In this document: in pieces, positions 1 to 9,205 of the stretch
Layout of the letters: every line of letters begins with the position of its first letter
How positions within the stretch are numbered: the first letter of the stretch is position 1
Assembly (NCBI GenBank): GCA_963796055.1
Contig: CAWCKH010000004.1
Coordinates: 1,664,001 to 1,728,000 of the forward strand
DNA: 64,000 bases
Source of the DNA: an uncultured delta proteobacterium
GTDB lineage: Bacteria; Myxococcota; Myxococcia; Myxococcales; Myxococcaceae
Reading direction: 5' to 3'
Position numbers and translations under genes: made by a program
Notes under the pieces: generated by a model
Told to the model about the DNA's origin: nothing
The model's input: only the letters and a program-made list of their open reading frames with translations
Database searches by the model: none

Positions 1-2
1 CC

Positions 3-1205
3 CAGGTCCCGGCGCCAGCGGCCGCGGCGCCCATCGAGCGCTGGCTGGTCCCGATCGGAAACTCTCCCTCTCGGGGCCCCGCCGAAGCCGCCGTGACCAT
101 CGTCGAGTTCGCAGATTTCCACTGCCCTTACTCGAAAGCCGCGGAGGCGAGGCTCAGGCGCCTGTTCGATCGGTTTCCACAGAAGCTGCGGCTGGTCTGG
201 AAGGACTACCCCGTGAGTGTCCACCGCTACGCCGACGGGGCGGCGCAGGTCGCCCGGGAGGTCGCGCTGCAGCGGGGGTCGGCCGCCTTCTGGCGTGCGC
301 ATGATTTGCTCTTCGCCGCCTCACCGCTGCTCGAACCGACCCGGCTGATCAAGCAAGCCCGCGCGCTGGGGCTCGAGCCGGAGGCGGTGCAGGCGGCGCT
401 CGACGGAGCACCCCATCGGGCCGCAATCGACGCCGACGTCGACCTCGCCGCCCGCGTGGGCCTCCCAGGCATCCCCGCCTTCTTCGTCAACGGACGGAAG
501 GTCATGACTGACGACGGCGCCGAGCTCGAGCAGGTCGTTGCTGACGAGCTGGCCGAGGCCCGGCGCCGGCTCGACTCGGGTGTGCCGGCGGCCCACCTCT
601 ATGAGGAATTCGAGCGAGGCGCGCGCGAGCACGGCGAGGATCGGCCGCGGGTAGCGCTGCCCGACCCAGGGTCGCGACCTTCGCGAGGCGGCCCTCCGCG
701 CTCGGCACTCCCCATCCATCAGTTCTGCGAACTGGGCAACTACTTTTGCGCCTTGATGGAGCCGGTGTTCCACACGATGCTGGACAGCTACGGCGACGAG
801 GTTCGCCTGGTCTGGTGGGACGTGTCCGACCTGCAGCAGCCGGAGGGGGCCCGGCTCGCCCGAGCAGCGGCCGGCGTGGGTCCCCGCTTCTGGGAACTGC
901 ACGACCTGGTCCTGGCGAACCGGCGCCGCGACGACTTCACCTGGCCGCCGCCGGAGATCCCGTCTCCAGCAGTGCTGCGCCGGTATGCGCGGCAGATCGG
1001 CGCGGATCTGGGGTTGTTCGACTACGTGATGGCGACTGGCATTGGTGGCGCGGAGGTCGAGCAGCTCAAGCAGGCCCGCGCCCTGGGGGTGAAGCCGCCC
1101 TCGCTGGTGATCGACGGCGAGGTCCACAGCGGTGGGGAGCCGCCCCACCTGCTACGCGCTGCCATCGACAGGGCGCTGGCCCGGCGCAACCCTCCCGCGC
1201 GGTAG
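3..1205 (+). CDS. DsbA/thioredoxin-fold protein with two domains; 5' end lies outside the window
   Basis: SPSRGPAEAAVTIVEFADFHCPYS, LVWKDYP, GIPAFFVNG; the frame stays open to the window edge; second degenerate Trx domain (PSRGG..FCELGNYFC..PPSLVIDG). Confidence 0.8.
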   Translation, partial: QVPAPAAAAPIERWLVPIGNSPSRGPAEAAVTIVEFADFHCPYSKAAEARLRRLFDRFPQKLRLVWKDYPVSVHRYADGAAQVAREVALQRGSAAFWRAHDLLFAASPLLEPTRLIKQARALGLEPEAVQAALDGAPHRAAIDADVDLAARVGLPGIPAFFVNGRKVMTDDGAELEQVVADELAEARRRLDSGVPAAHLYEEFERGAREHGEDRPRVALPDPGSRPSRGGPPRSALPIHQFCELGNYFCALMEPVFHTMLDSYGDEVRLVWWDVSDLQQPEGARLARAAAGVGPRFWELHDLVLANRRRDDFTWPPPEIPSPAVLRRYARQIGADLGLFDYVMATGIGGAEVEQLKQARALGVKPPSLVIDGEVHSGGEPPHLLRAAIDRALARRNPPAR

Positions 1206-1423
1206 CGGCGTCTCGCGCTGGGGACGGGCCGTCCAGGTGGTCGCCCCGCCGTCGGCCGCGGGCAGGACCGGCCCGGACTCGACGCGGCCGTTCGCCCTCG
1301 GGTCGCGCGCTCGGTAGCTGATGCACCGGCGATGCAGTCCAGTTCAGCTCCTTCGTCTTCTGGAGGCCGTTCGAGGGCTTGGCCACTCCACGACGGGGAC
1401 TGAAAATCCCGCCGCGCTGGGGT

Positions 1424-1590
1424 TCATCGGCCACCTCTGCGGATGAAGTCCTCGAGGTCCTCGACCCGCAGCCGGATGGCGTTCGACACCCGGACGTGCC
1501 GGAGCTCGCCGCGCCCGCACAGCGCGTAGATGGTCGCCGTCGAGACTCGCAGGCGCTCCGCGGTCTCCCGAACGCTCAGGAGCGGGGCAT
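1424..1590 (-). CDS. Excisionase-like helix-turn-helix (HTH_17/MerR-like) domain, in frame with the integrase C-terminus
   Basis: LLSVRETAERLRVSTATIYALCGRGELRHVRVSNAIRLRVEDLEDFI. Confidence 0.8.
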
Positions 1591-1620
1591 CCAGCGCCGA
1601 GAGCCGGGGAGAGCGGCGCC

Positions 1621-1646
1621 CGGAAGTGGGTAACACGGGGGTTACA
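1621..1646. repeat. Putative integrase arm-type site (left), imperfect direct repeat of 1869-1896
   Basis: cggaagtgggtaacacgggggttaca vs cggaaagtgggggacacgggggggacac; each contains an internal tandem repeat. Confidence 0.55.
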
Positions 1647-1762
1647 TGCGGGAGCGTCCGTGGGCGTCCAACGGGTGCGACGGCGTCAGCAGCGGCCCCA
1701 GGAGCCTGAGAGTTTGCGAGGACTTGGACGTCCGGGGACTCCCTGGAAATCCTCGACGGCCC

Positions 1763-1805
<43 letters not shown>

Positions 1806-1810
1806 ACGCT

Positions 1811-1868
1811 GAAGGGGTCGGAGTCGCTCGGGTTTCTCCCGCGCCTCTCCGGCCCCTTCGGCGTTTTT
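1811..1868 (+). terminator. Terminator-like hairpin following the tRNA 3' fragment
   Basis: GAAGGGGTCGGAG...CTCCGGCCCCTTC inverted repeat followed by cgttttt. Confidence 0.5.
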
Positions 1869-1896
1869 CGGAAAGTGGGGGACACGGGGGGGACAC
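1869..1896. repeat. Putative integrase arm-type site (right)
   Basis: GGGGGACACG tandem repeat, similar to 1621-1646. Confidence 0.55.
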
Positions 1897-2150
1897 GGCC
1901 AGCATCCACGGCGCGGAGCCGCGGTGCCTCGGGCATGCCTTGAAGCTTGAGCCGATTCACCTCGGCGCGCAGGTAGTCCGTGGCCAGATGGCCGTAGACG
2001 GTCTCGGTGAGCTTCGGGTCTCGGTGCCGAAGCACCTTCTGAACGACGACCAGCGGCACGCCGGAGCAGAGCAGCAGTGTCGCGGTGGTGTGCCGGAGGT
2101 CATGGAAGCGGATGGGCCGGACGACGGGCTTGGGCCAGACCAAAGCTTTT
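1870..2150 (-). pseudogene. Tyrosine recombinase/integrase catalytic C-terminal part; 5' portion missing
   Basis: RPIRFHDLRHTTATLLL..VVQKVLRHRDPKLTETVYGHL (HxxR, H, catalytic Y); integrase-like sequence stops upstream of about 2150. Confidence 0.85.
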
Positions 2151-2640
2151 CCGCTCGAGAGAGCTCCGGAGTTACTTCGAGGACCGCGAGGCGGCGGTTG
2201 AGCGCGAGGTTGCCGCCCTCCCCGAGGCGCAGCTGGCGCAAGTGGATGAAAACGCATGGGCTGGGGCGCTGGCTGAGAAGTACGCCGTCCGCATGCCGGA
2301 GATCGATCCGGAGAGGACCTGGCTCGATCCCGGTTCCCCAACCTGTTCATGGTCCCCGATCCGTACGGGCCACAGACGGTCAAGGGGCGGTGCTCGTACC
2401 TCCACGTTCCGTTCAAGGGAAACGCCGCGGTCTTCGAGATGCAGGGTTCCACCTGGGGCGGCACGAAGCCGATCGGAGACGTGCGTGAAGCGGGTCGTTC
2501 GGCCGATTCTGTACCCAGGTGCTGCAACCGTGCAGCCTGGTTGCCAGCGGTGATCGAGACGGCGACTTCGACGAGAGCGCGACGCGTCCGAAAGATCCCG
2601 CTGTTTGCATCGACTGGGGCGTCCTCGATGGACGCGGAGA
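2145..2640 (+). pseudogene. Frameshifted remnant of a hypothetical protein that abuts the truncated integrase
   Basis: Protein-like segments in successive frames (LFRSRELRSYFEDREAAV..; VPFKGNAAVFEMQGST..). Confidence 0.35.
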
Positions 2641-2809
2641 CCCGGTCCACGGCGCGAAGCCCCGGCGGGCGCCCAGGTGCCATTCCGCCCGCCCGCCAGT
2701 AGGACCAGGCAGCCAGCCTGCTCCGCGTTTGCGAGTCGAGGGTGAAACGCTGCAGAGTGTTCGATATCCCCGCCGAGACCAGGTGCGGAGAGCTCAAGGA
2801 GTTCCTCCC

Positions 2810-2989
2810 ATGCCCGACTACGAGTTCTTCTGCCGGAGGTGCAGCAGGCAGTTCACGGTGCACATGACCATCGATGAGCACGATCGTCACGTGGCCGAGT
2901 GCCCGGAGTGCAAGAGCGACCAGGAAGTCCAGCGGACCATCAGTCACTTCAACGTCCAGACGACCAAGAAGTCCTCTGCGTACAAGTAG
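2810..2989 (+). CDS. FmdB-family zinc-ribbon regulatory protein
   Basis: MPDYEFFCRRC...CPECKS...V.R.IS.F; RBS aaggag. Confidence 0.85.
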   Translation: MPDYEFFCRRCSRQFTVHMTIDEHDRHVAECPECKSDQEVQRTISHFNVQTTKKSSAYK

Positions 2990-3191
2990 AGCGCGGGCGT
3001 CAGAGCCCACCCTCCTATTGGCCTCCAGCAGCGATTCCTGAACTCAGGCTCCGCGTCCTTGCCCGGATCCGCGCCCGTCGGTCCCGCGCTCCCGGATGGC
3101 GAGGGGCCCGGTGCCCACGGCCCGCTCGCCGACGCCGAGAACGCCTTCGCGAGGCCTCCCGAGGCTCCCCTGCCTGATAAGAGCGCGTCTC

Positions 3192-4745
3192 ATGGACTGG
3201 GATTACGCCATTGTCGGCTCCGGTTTCGGCGGCAGCGTTTGCGGGCTTCGCCTCACCGAGAAGGGCTACCGCGTCCTCATGCTGGAGAAAGGCCGCCGCT
3301 TCCGCGCCGAGGATTTCCCCCGCTCCAACTGGAATCTCCCCCGCTGGCTCTGGCTACCGACGCTCGGCTGCCGCGGCATCTTCAAGATGACGTTCCTGCG
3401 CCACGTGACCGTGCTCTCGGGCGTGGGCGTGGGCGGGGGCTCTCTCGTCTACGCCAACACGCTGCCCACGCCGGAGGACGATTTCTTCGCCGCCCCCTCC
3501 TGGGGACACCTGGCCGACTGGAAGAGGGAGCTGGAGCCGTACTACGCGACCGCGCTGCGCATGCTGGGCGTGACGCAGTACCCGCATGAGACCTATTCCG
3601 ACAAGGTATTGCGCGAGGTCGCCAGGGACATCGGCCGGGCCGATCAGTTCCGTACGACGCGCGTGGCAGTCTACTTCGGCGATCCGGGCAAGACGGTGCC
3701 CGACCCGTACTTCGGCGGCGAGGGGCCCGACCGCACCGGCTGCATCGAGTGCGGCGCGTGCATGACCGGCTGCCGGCACAATGCCAAGAACACGCTGGAC
3801 AAGAACTACCTCTACCTCGCCGAGAAGCGCGGCATGAAGATCGAGGCCGACACGGAAGTTACCTGGGTGAGCGCGCTCGAGGGCGGCGGCTATCGCGTCG
3901 ACGCCGTCACGGGGCGTGGCTTGTTCGGCAAGCGCAAGCGGTCGTTGACCGCGCGCAAGGTGATTTTCTCCGGAGGAGTGCTGGGCACCCTGCCGCTCCT
4001 GCTCAAGCTCAAGGCGAGCCCCCGGGGGCTGCCGCGGCTGTCCGAACGGCTTGGCTCCTTCGTCCGCACCAACTCGGAGTCGCTCATCGGCGTCACGACC
4101 CGCGCCGACCGCGACCTATCGGAGGGTATCGCCATCACCAGCATCCTCCACACCGACGAGCACTCGCACGTCGAGCCCGTCCGCTACGCGAAAGGATCGG
4201 GCTTCTTCCGCCTGCTGATGTCGCCTCACGTGCCGGGCAAGAGTGCGCCTTTGCGGCTCCTGCGCGCGCTCATGGCACTGCTCCGCCATCCGCTCCGCTT
4301 CTTGCGCGCCTATCTCGTCGACGACTGGGCGAAGCGGACGATGATTCTCCTCTTCATGCGCACGCTCGAGGGCCATTTGCGCCTGCGGCTGGGCCCGCTC
4401 GGCCTCACCACCGCGCTCGCCGAGGGCCCGGCGCCGACCGCGGCCATCCCCGAGGCGACCGCGCTGGCGCACCGGGTGGAGGAGAAGATCGACGGCTTCG
4501 CGGAGAGCCTCATCAGCGAGACGATCCTAGGCACCCCGACCACCGCGCACATCCTCGGCGGCGCGTGCATGGGCGCGAGCGCCAGCGAGGGTGTCATCGA
4601 CGACAAGCACCGCGTCTTTGGCTACGAAGGGCTCTACGTGATCGACGGCTCGGCCATCTCCGCCAACCCCGGAGTGAACCCGGCGCTGACCATCACCGCG
4701 CTTGCGGAGCGGGCGATGTCCTTCGTTCCTCCGGCCTCGGCGTAG
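3192..4745 (+). CDS. GMC oxidoreductase, cholesterol-oxidase-like
   Basis: IVGSGFGG, GVGGGSLVYAN, CIECGACMTGC, TAHILGG, NPGVNPALTI. Confidence 0.88.
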   Translation: MDWDYAIVGSGFGGSVCGLRLTEKGYRVLMLEKGRRFRAEDFPRSNWNLPRWLWLPTLGCRGIFKMTFLRHVTVLSGVGVGGGSLVYANTLPTPEDDFFAAPSWGHLADWKRELEPYYATALRMLGVTQYPHETYSDKVLREVARDIGRADQFRTTRVAVYFGDPGKTVPDPYFGGEGPDRTGCIECGACMTGCRHNAKNTLDKNYLYLAEKRGMKIEADTEVTWVSALEGGGYRVDAVTGRGLFGKRKRSLTARKVIFSGGVLGTLPLLLKLKASPRGLPRLSERLGSFVRTNSESLIGVTTRADRDLSEGIAITSILHTDEHSHVEPVRYAKGSGFFRLLMSPHVPGKSAPLRLLRALMALLRHPLRFLRAYLVDDWAKRTMILLFMRTLEGHLRLRLGPLGLTTALAEGPAPTAAIPEATALAHRVEEKIDGFAESLISETILGTPTTAHILGGACMGASASEGVIDDKHRVFGYEGLYVIDGSAISANPGVNPALTITALAERAMSFVPPASA

Positions 4746-5144
4746 CGTCGAGCGGGGGCAGCGCCTCCAGCCACTCGCGCAGCGCCCCCTTGTCCAGCTC
4801 GCGGATCGCACCGGCCGGGTAGAGCCTGAGGCCAGCGGGGAGAACCTCGGGTCGCGGCCCGGGCTCACCGAGGGGCCGCTGGTGCTCCGGGCCGCCGGGG
4901 AAGCAGCCCGATCAGGCCAAGCCGGAGGCGACCCCACTCAAGACGCGGCAGAAGTGAGGAGACGAGCCGGGCTCTCGACGGGGGTTGTCCAGGCAGTGCC
5001 ACGCCGTGCGCGCGCCTGGCAGTCAGCTGCACCGTGTGGGCTCGAGCGGCGGTACCTCGAGTCAGTGCGAGCCGGGGGTGCAATGAAGTCCGCAGCCGGA
5101 GCCGGCGAGGCGCTAGAGTGCCCCAAAACCGGAAGGAGTCATTC

Positions 5145-5357
5145 ATGGCGGCGCGCAGGAAGGTGACCTCCCGCAAGAAGCTGACCTCCAAGGTCCAGAA
5201 AGATGTCGAGAACATCGGGCGAACCCTGCAGCGCCTCGGGAAGAAGCTGCTCGGCGACGCCAGGGCCGCGGCCTTCGATGCTACCGAGCGCACACTGTCC
5301 GTAGCGCAGAAGAAGCTGCAGAAGGTGCGAGTGCAGCTCAAAAAGCCCACTGCCTAG
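5145..5357 (+). CDS. Small basic hypothetical protein
   Basis: RBS ggaaggag, Lys/Arg-rich 70 aa, typical codon usage. Confidence 0.6.
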   Translation: MAARRKVTSRKKLTSKVQKDVENIGRTLQRLGKKLLGDARAAAFDATERTLSVAQKKLQKVRVQLKKPTA

Positions 5358-5358
5358 C

Positions 5359-5500
5359 TGTGAAGGCTCAGTAGGTTGTTCCCAGCGGATGGGACTGCCC
5401 ATCCGCCGGGCCCTGTGGATTGCTGGCGTTGCTCAGACGACCGGCAAACACAGGAACCCGAACGGATGAACCTTCACAGTAGAGCCCGGACCTGGCCCGG
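5359..5500 (+). mobile_element. IS481-family left end plus transposase start (remnant)
   Basis: Begins TGTGAAGGCTCAGTAGGTTGT (close to the IS481 terminus TGTGAAGATTCAATAGGTTGT as recalled); preceded by cCTAGc target; ORF start MNLHSRART at 5466. Confidence 0.7.
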
Positions 5501-5514
5501 CCGCATCGGGCGGG

Positions 5515-5816
5515 CGCGGTCAATCTTCGCCATTACCTCGCGCTCCGCCTGCACGACCTCCGCCGCCTCCAGCATGCGTTGGCCGAGCTCGGCGCCTGTC
5601 CTCGCTCGGACGCGCCGAGGGCACGTCGAGGCGACGCTGCAGGCGGTCTGCCGGGCCCTGCGGGCGCTCGGCGGGCAGCCGGCGGTGGAGGAGCGGCTGC
5701 GCGGGCCAGACTTCGCCGAGGGCCGGAGCGCGCTGGTCCGGAACGCCGAGGCGCTGCTCGGATCTGCGCCGTCCGGGAGGGCCGTGCGGATCATGGTCAC
5801 CGCCGGCACCCCGTGA
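5515..5816 (+). pseudogene. Pyruvate kinase N-terminal fragment, frameshifted
   Basis: AVNLRHYLALRLHDLRRLQ..LG/SSLGRAE/HVEATLQAV..ALLG..P.GR.VRIMVT across two frameshifts. Confidence 0.65.
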
Positions 5817-5910
5817 AGCGGTCTGCCGGTTGACGAAGACGACGGAAGCGCCCAGAACCATCGCGCGGCGGCGAGAGACCGATCATCGCCTGACCGAAGG
5901 AGGCGGAGGC

Positions 5911-6069
5911 ATGGGCAATCTCTTGTGGATCGTGGCGTTCGTCCTCGTCGCCCTCTGGGTGCTGGCGCAAAGGGCCAATGTCATGATGGGCGGCTTCATC
6001 CACGTGCTCCTGGTTCTGGCCGTGGCGACCGTGCTCATCCGGATCATCACCGGCCGCAAGATCGCCTGA
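5911..6069 (+). CDS. lmo0937-family small membrane protein
   Basis: LLWIVAFVLVALWVL..MGGFIHVLLVLAV..LIRIITGRK; RBS ggagg. Confidence 0.8.
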   Translation: MGNLLWIVAFVLVALWVLAQRANVMMGGFIHVLLVLAVATVLIRIITGRKIA

Positions 6070-6238
6070 ACGACGGAGACTTAGCGCTGGGGACAGCCTC
6101 CGTTTGCTGGCGCCACCTCGGAACATGGTTACGTTCAAAGGTGCGGGTGGCGGTCCAGCTGCTCGCTCGAGTCATCTGCACTAGGTCAGAGTTTCTCGAT
6201 TCGTAAACGCGTAGTCAGAACGAATTCGAGGTCTCACC

Positions 6239-6553
6239 ATGTTTGCTCGCAATGTGCATCTGCACCTGAAGCCCAACACTGCCAAGCAGTTCACCCAGAC
6301 GCTAGAGAAGGACGTGCTTCCCCTCCTGCGCAAGCAGCCAGGTTTCCAGGAGGAAGTTGCCTTCATCGCTTCCAACGGAACCGATGCGTACGCGATGAGC
6401 TTCTGGGAGTCGAAGGACAACGCGGAACAATACGTCCGCGCCGCGTATCAGGACGTGCTGAAGGCGATGGGTAACGTCGTCCAGGGCACCCCGGAGGTTC
6501 TGAGCTACGAGGTGTGCAGCTCGACCATCCCGAAGATCACCGCTCGGGCCTAA
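6239..6553 (+). CDS. Hypothetical protein, ABM/dimeric alpha-beta barrel-like
   Basis: LPLLRKQPGF..SFWESKDNAEQY..GTPEV pattern. Confidence 0.7.
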   Translation: MFARNVHLHLKPNTAKQFTQTLEKDVLPLLRKQPGFQEEVAFIASNGTDAYAMSFWESKDNAEQYVRAAYQDVLKAMGNVVQGTPEVLSYEVCSSTIPKITARA

Positions 6554-6575
6554 AGGTTCGCGCTGAGGTGTTGTC

Positions 6576-6603
6576 GAGGGGCGGCGCAGGCCGCCCTTTC
6601 TTT
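6576..6603 (+). terminator. Intrinsic terminator
   Basis: GAGGGGCGGC-GCAG-GCCGCCCTTT followed by ctttt, 22 nt after the stop codon. Confidence 0.55.
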
Positions 6604-6651
6604 GTCCGCGAACGGGCGTCCTTCGTCGTCTGCGAGCCCGCGCTGCGGAGG

Positions 6652-6716
6652 CACCCGCCGCCGAGGGTCGCCACCACCTCGTAGGGGCCGACGCGGGTGC
6701 CGGGGGCGAGGCGCAC
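6652..6716 (-). pseudogene. Ser/Thr kinase N-terminal stub
   Basis: VRLAPGTRVGPYEVVATLGGG, then the sequence diverges. Confidence 0.55.
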
Positions 6717-6788
6717 GGGACGAGCTCACCCTCGGACCCCGGCCGGAGCGCGGTCGAGGCGAAGGCGTCGTTCGGCGGGCCGCGCGCA

Positions 6789-7475
6789 TCAAAAGGAGCC
6801 CGCGAGCCCGATGCCGTTGCCGAGGAACCTCCACTGCACGCGCAGTCCGGGTTTGACTGCGTCGGCCGCGTCGCGGGCAGCGGTGGGATGAGTCCAGATC
6901 TGCGCTTCCCAGATCGCGCTGCCGCCGACGAGGGTGAGGAGCGCCCGGCCGCCGAGCTTGTATCCAAAGTAGAGGATCGCCGAGAGGCCGGCGTTCACCG
7001 TCAGGCCGAGGACGTGGTTGAGGAGCGAGCGGTAGAAGCGTTCTCCGTTCGCCGCGCGTTCGAACAGTGCACGCAGCGCCTGAGCTTTCGCCGCACGCTG
7101 CGCATCGCTGTCCTCGGGCATCGCCCGGATGTCATCGAGGCCGTAGGCCGCCGCCGGCGGGAAGAAGAGCACCGCGAGCATCCCGGCACCGCTGAAGCCA
7201 ATGTTGTAGTAGGCGTTGATCTTCGCGCCCTGGTTGGTGGTGGTGGCGGCGATCACCACCTCTGCTGCGACCACCGTTCCGAGAAAACCGGACCACCCCC
7301 AGTACCAGAGCCGGGCGTGGAGCTCCTCGCTCTCCAGGGCGCGCCAGCGCGAGGCGACCTCCGGATCCTCGCGTACAAACGACGGGAGCGCCGGGGCGTC
7401 GGCCAGCGGCGCGTCGGGAGGCAACCGGCCAGCCGAGGCCAGGGCGGCGAGCAGGACCAGCGCAGCAGCGCTCAA
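6789..7475 (-). CDS. Hypothetical secreted/membrane protein
   Basis: Signal-like AAALVLLAALASA, about 4 hydrophobic segments; TTG start with ggag upstream. Confidence 0.6.
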   Translation of the reverse strand: MSAAALVLLAALASAGRLPPDAPLADAPALPSFVREDPEVASRWRALESEELHARLWYWGWSGFLGTVVAAEVVIAATTTNQGAKINAYYNIGFSGAGMLAVLFFPPAAAYGLDDIRAMPEDSDAQRAAKAQALRALFERAANGERFYRSLLNHVLGLTVNAGLSAILYFGYKLGGRALLTLVGGSAIWEAQIWTHPTAARDAADAVKPGLRVQWRFLGNGIGLAGSF

Positions 7476-7701
7476 GGGATCTCCGGAGGCCGGACGGGTG
7501 AGGGGAGCGCACGATAGACGCTTCTCGGTCGCAGGGAAGCCGGCATCGCCCGCTCCACTCCCGCGGACAACCGCGATAGAGGCTCGGGGAGTGGCTTTCC
7601 TGGATCCGAAGAGCGCGCTGGCCCGCTGGATGCCCCGGCTGGTGGCGGTCTGGCGGCGGCACTTCCGTTGGCCCGAGGGTCCCCCGACGCTCGCGCTGGC
7701 T

Positions 7702-7772
7702 TTCCTCCGCCGCCTCGCCGCGCTCGTCCCGCCACCGAGGTCCTCCGCTACTTCGGCGTCTTCGCTTCCAAC
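7702..7772 (+). mobile_element. IS91-family (Y2) transposase fragment
   Basis: FLRRLAALVPPPR / VLRYFGVFASN matches the FL.RLA.LVPPPR...RY.GV.A.N motif. Confidence 0.65.
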
Positions 7773-7848
7773 CTGTCTCCCCGACACGCTGAAGGGGTCG
7801 GAGTCGCTCGGATTTCCGCCGCGCGATTCCGGCCCCTTCGACGTTTCT
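7772..7848 (+). repeat. Second copy of the tRNA-Pro 3' tip plus hairpin (att scar), direct repeat of 1792-1868
   Basis: cctgtctccccgacacgctgaaggggtcggagtcgctcgg is identical, then ..tccggccccttcg.cgttt. Confidence 0.85.
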
Positions 7849-7960
7849 CCGGGGGTTCATGGAACCGGACGGGGCGAACCACCGGCTTCATCCCGCACGT
7901 CGGACACCTCCGGAAGCCGCCTTCTCGTCCGACAATTCGCGCGAACTGGCCCCGTGTTGG

Positions 7961-8240
7961 TCACTCTCCCCTGGCCATCCTGATCATCTGAGCGGTGTCT
8001 GTGACGTGGTCGTACTTGACGCCTTGCCAGCCGCGTTGAATTGCCAGAGGTGACCGTTGTTGGGGAACGAGTAGCGGTTGCCGTGGGACGTAGCCTCAAA
8101 TGCGATGAGGACAAAGACCTTGTCACCCCCGTCGAAGATCGTGTGCGGCTCAAAGCGAGTGATTTGGACTAGGGCCATTGACTCAAAGAATCCCACAATG
8201 TTCGCTTTGCCCCGGCGTGCTTGCAGCCACGGTGATGCCC
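7961..8240 (-). pseudogene. NTF2/SnoaL-like protein C-terminal fragment with frameshift
   Basis: SPWLQARRGKANIVGFF..GDKVFVLI..HLWQFNAAGK / VKYDHVTDTAQMIRMARGE*; lower GC. Confidence 0.65.
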
Positions 8241-8255
8241 TTGGCGCGAGTCGGG

Positions 8256-8365
8256 CGACGAGGAGCTGTCCCTGCGGAGTGCAGGCCGCGGCGGCCCTGA
8301 ATCGCTCGTCGCGGAGGCGGCGGGCCTTGCCGTGCCCGGCGAGCACGAGGAAGAGAACGCGGCGC
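8256..8365 (-). pseudogene. Stub paralogous to the N-terminal domain of OtsA at 11138-13372
   Basis: [18 protein letters not shown] vs [18 protein letters not shown]. Confidence 0.65.
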
Positions 8366-8500
8366 GGGGGGAACGGGCGGCCAGACCTCACCCGGGCCTT
8401 CCGGGCAGTGAGCGCCGGTCCCTCCGACCTCGACGGTTCCCGCGAGGCCGCGCCCGGAACTTGCGTCTGCGAGGGGTTGGAAACCGGCCCGCTGGCACTC

Positions 8501-8860
8501 TCAGGGCATCGGACTCTGCGGGAGGGCCCGTGAGAGGCCACCCACCGAGACCAGGACGACCAGTAGCCCCAGAATCATATTGTTCCACACCGTAGCGACA
8601 GCGGCGTGGGGCAGCAGGGCGGCGCCCATCACGACCCACGCCCCGACGGCCGTGTTCAGCCAGCGCATCGGCGGGATCCTCAGCGCGGACAGTGCGAAGA
8701 CCACCACCAGGGCCCCACAGAGCGCGCTGTTGATCCGGGACACCTCGGAGTGCGGCCAGATGAAGGCGGAGATGAAGAGCCAGGCACCCAGCGCCACGTT
8801 CACCGACCGGGCGAAGGTGTTCGAGCGCCTGTCGAGGGGTCGTTGCTCGACCGTTGTCAT
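8501..8860 (-). CDS. SPW-repeat membrane protein
   Basis: NVALGAWLFISAFIW / WLNTAVGAW / WNNMILG; RBS ggagg. Confidence 0.8.
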   Translation of the reverse strand: MTTVEQRPLDRRSNTFARSVNVALGAWLFISAFIWPHSEVSRINSALCGALVVVFALSALRIPPMRWLNTAVGAWVVMGAALLPHAAVATVWNNMILGLLVVLVSVGGLSRALPQSPMP

Positions 8861-9205
8861 GAGAAGCCTCCTCGGGATTGACACTAGGAAGATCGATACA
8901 GATCCCCCTACACGCATTGGTCGGCGGTACACCAAATGCATGGGGTCCCAAGCACTTGCGATGCCAAGATCGGGCGACTGGCCCCAGCGGTTCGAGACGC
9001 CGCTCCCGTCACACCGGCCGGAACGAGGAGCTCGAGTCGCTGCCTGGCAGTCATTGAGTGTCAGGACGTTCCGAGCCTCTCGGTGCGGTCGGTGGAGTCT
9101 CAGCCGCAGAGCGGCAGGTGAGGTCCGGCTTTCCCTGAGCCTGCAGGGCAACACCGGTAGAGGGCGAGGCTGGCGACGATACTTGGGCTCCCATATGTTT
9201 CTAGG

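Noticed and set aside
2150..3010. N-terminal 290 aa of the 528-aa ORF 1424..3010 as a real integrase N-terminus
   Set aside because: No integrase motifs; it is antisense to the FmdB gene and to a plus-strand remnant.
8450..8525. Further remnant of the integrase linker (gtctgcgaggggttgga vs gtttgcgaggacttgga)
   Set aside because: Only about 14 of 17 bases match; cannot be supported without alignment statistics.
8916..8940. Fourth MarR operator (gcggtacaccaaatg)
   Set aside because: Only a partial half-site; lacks GTTGG.
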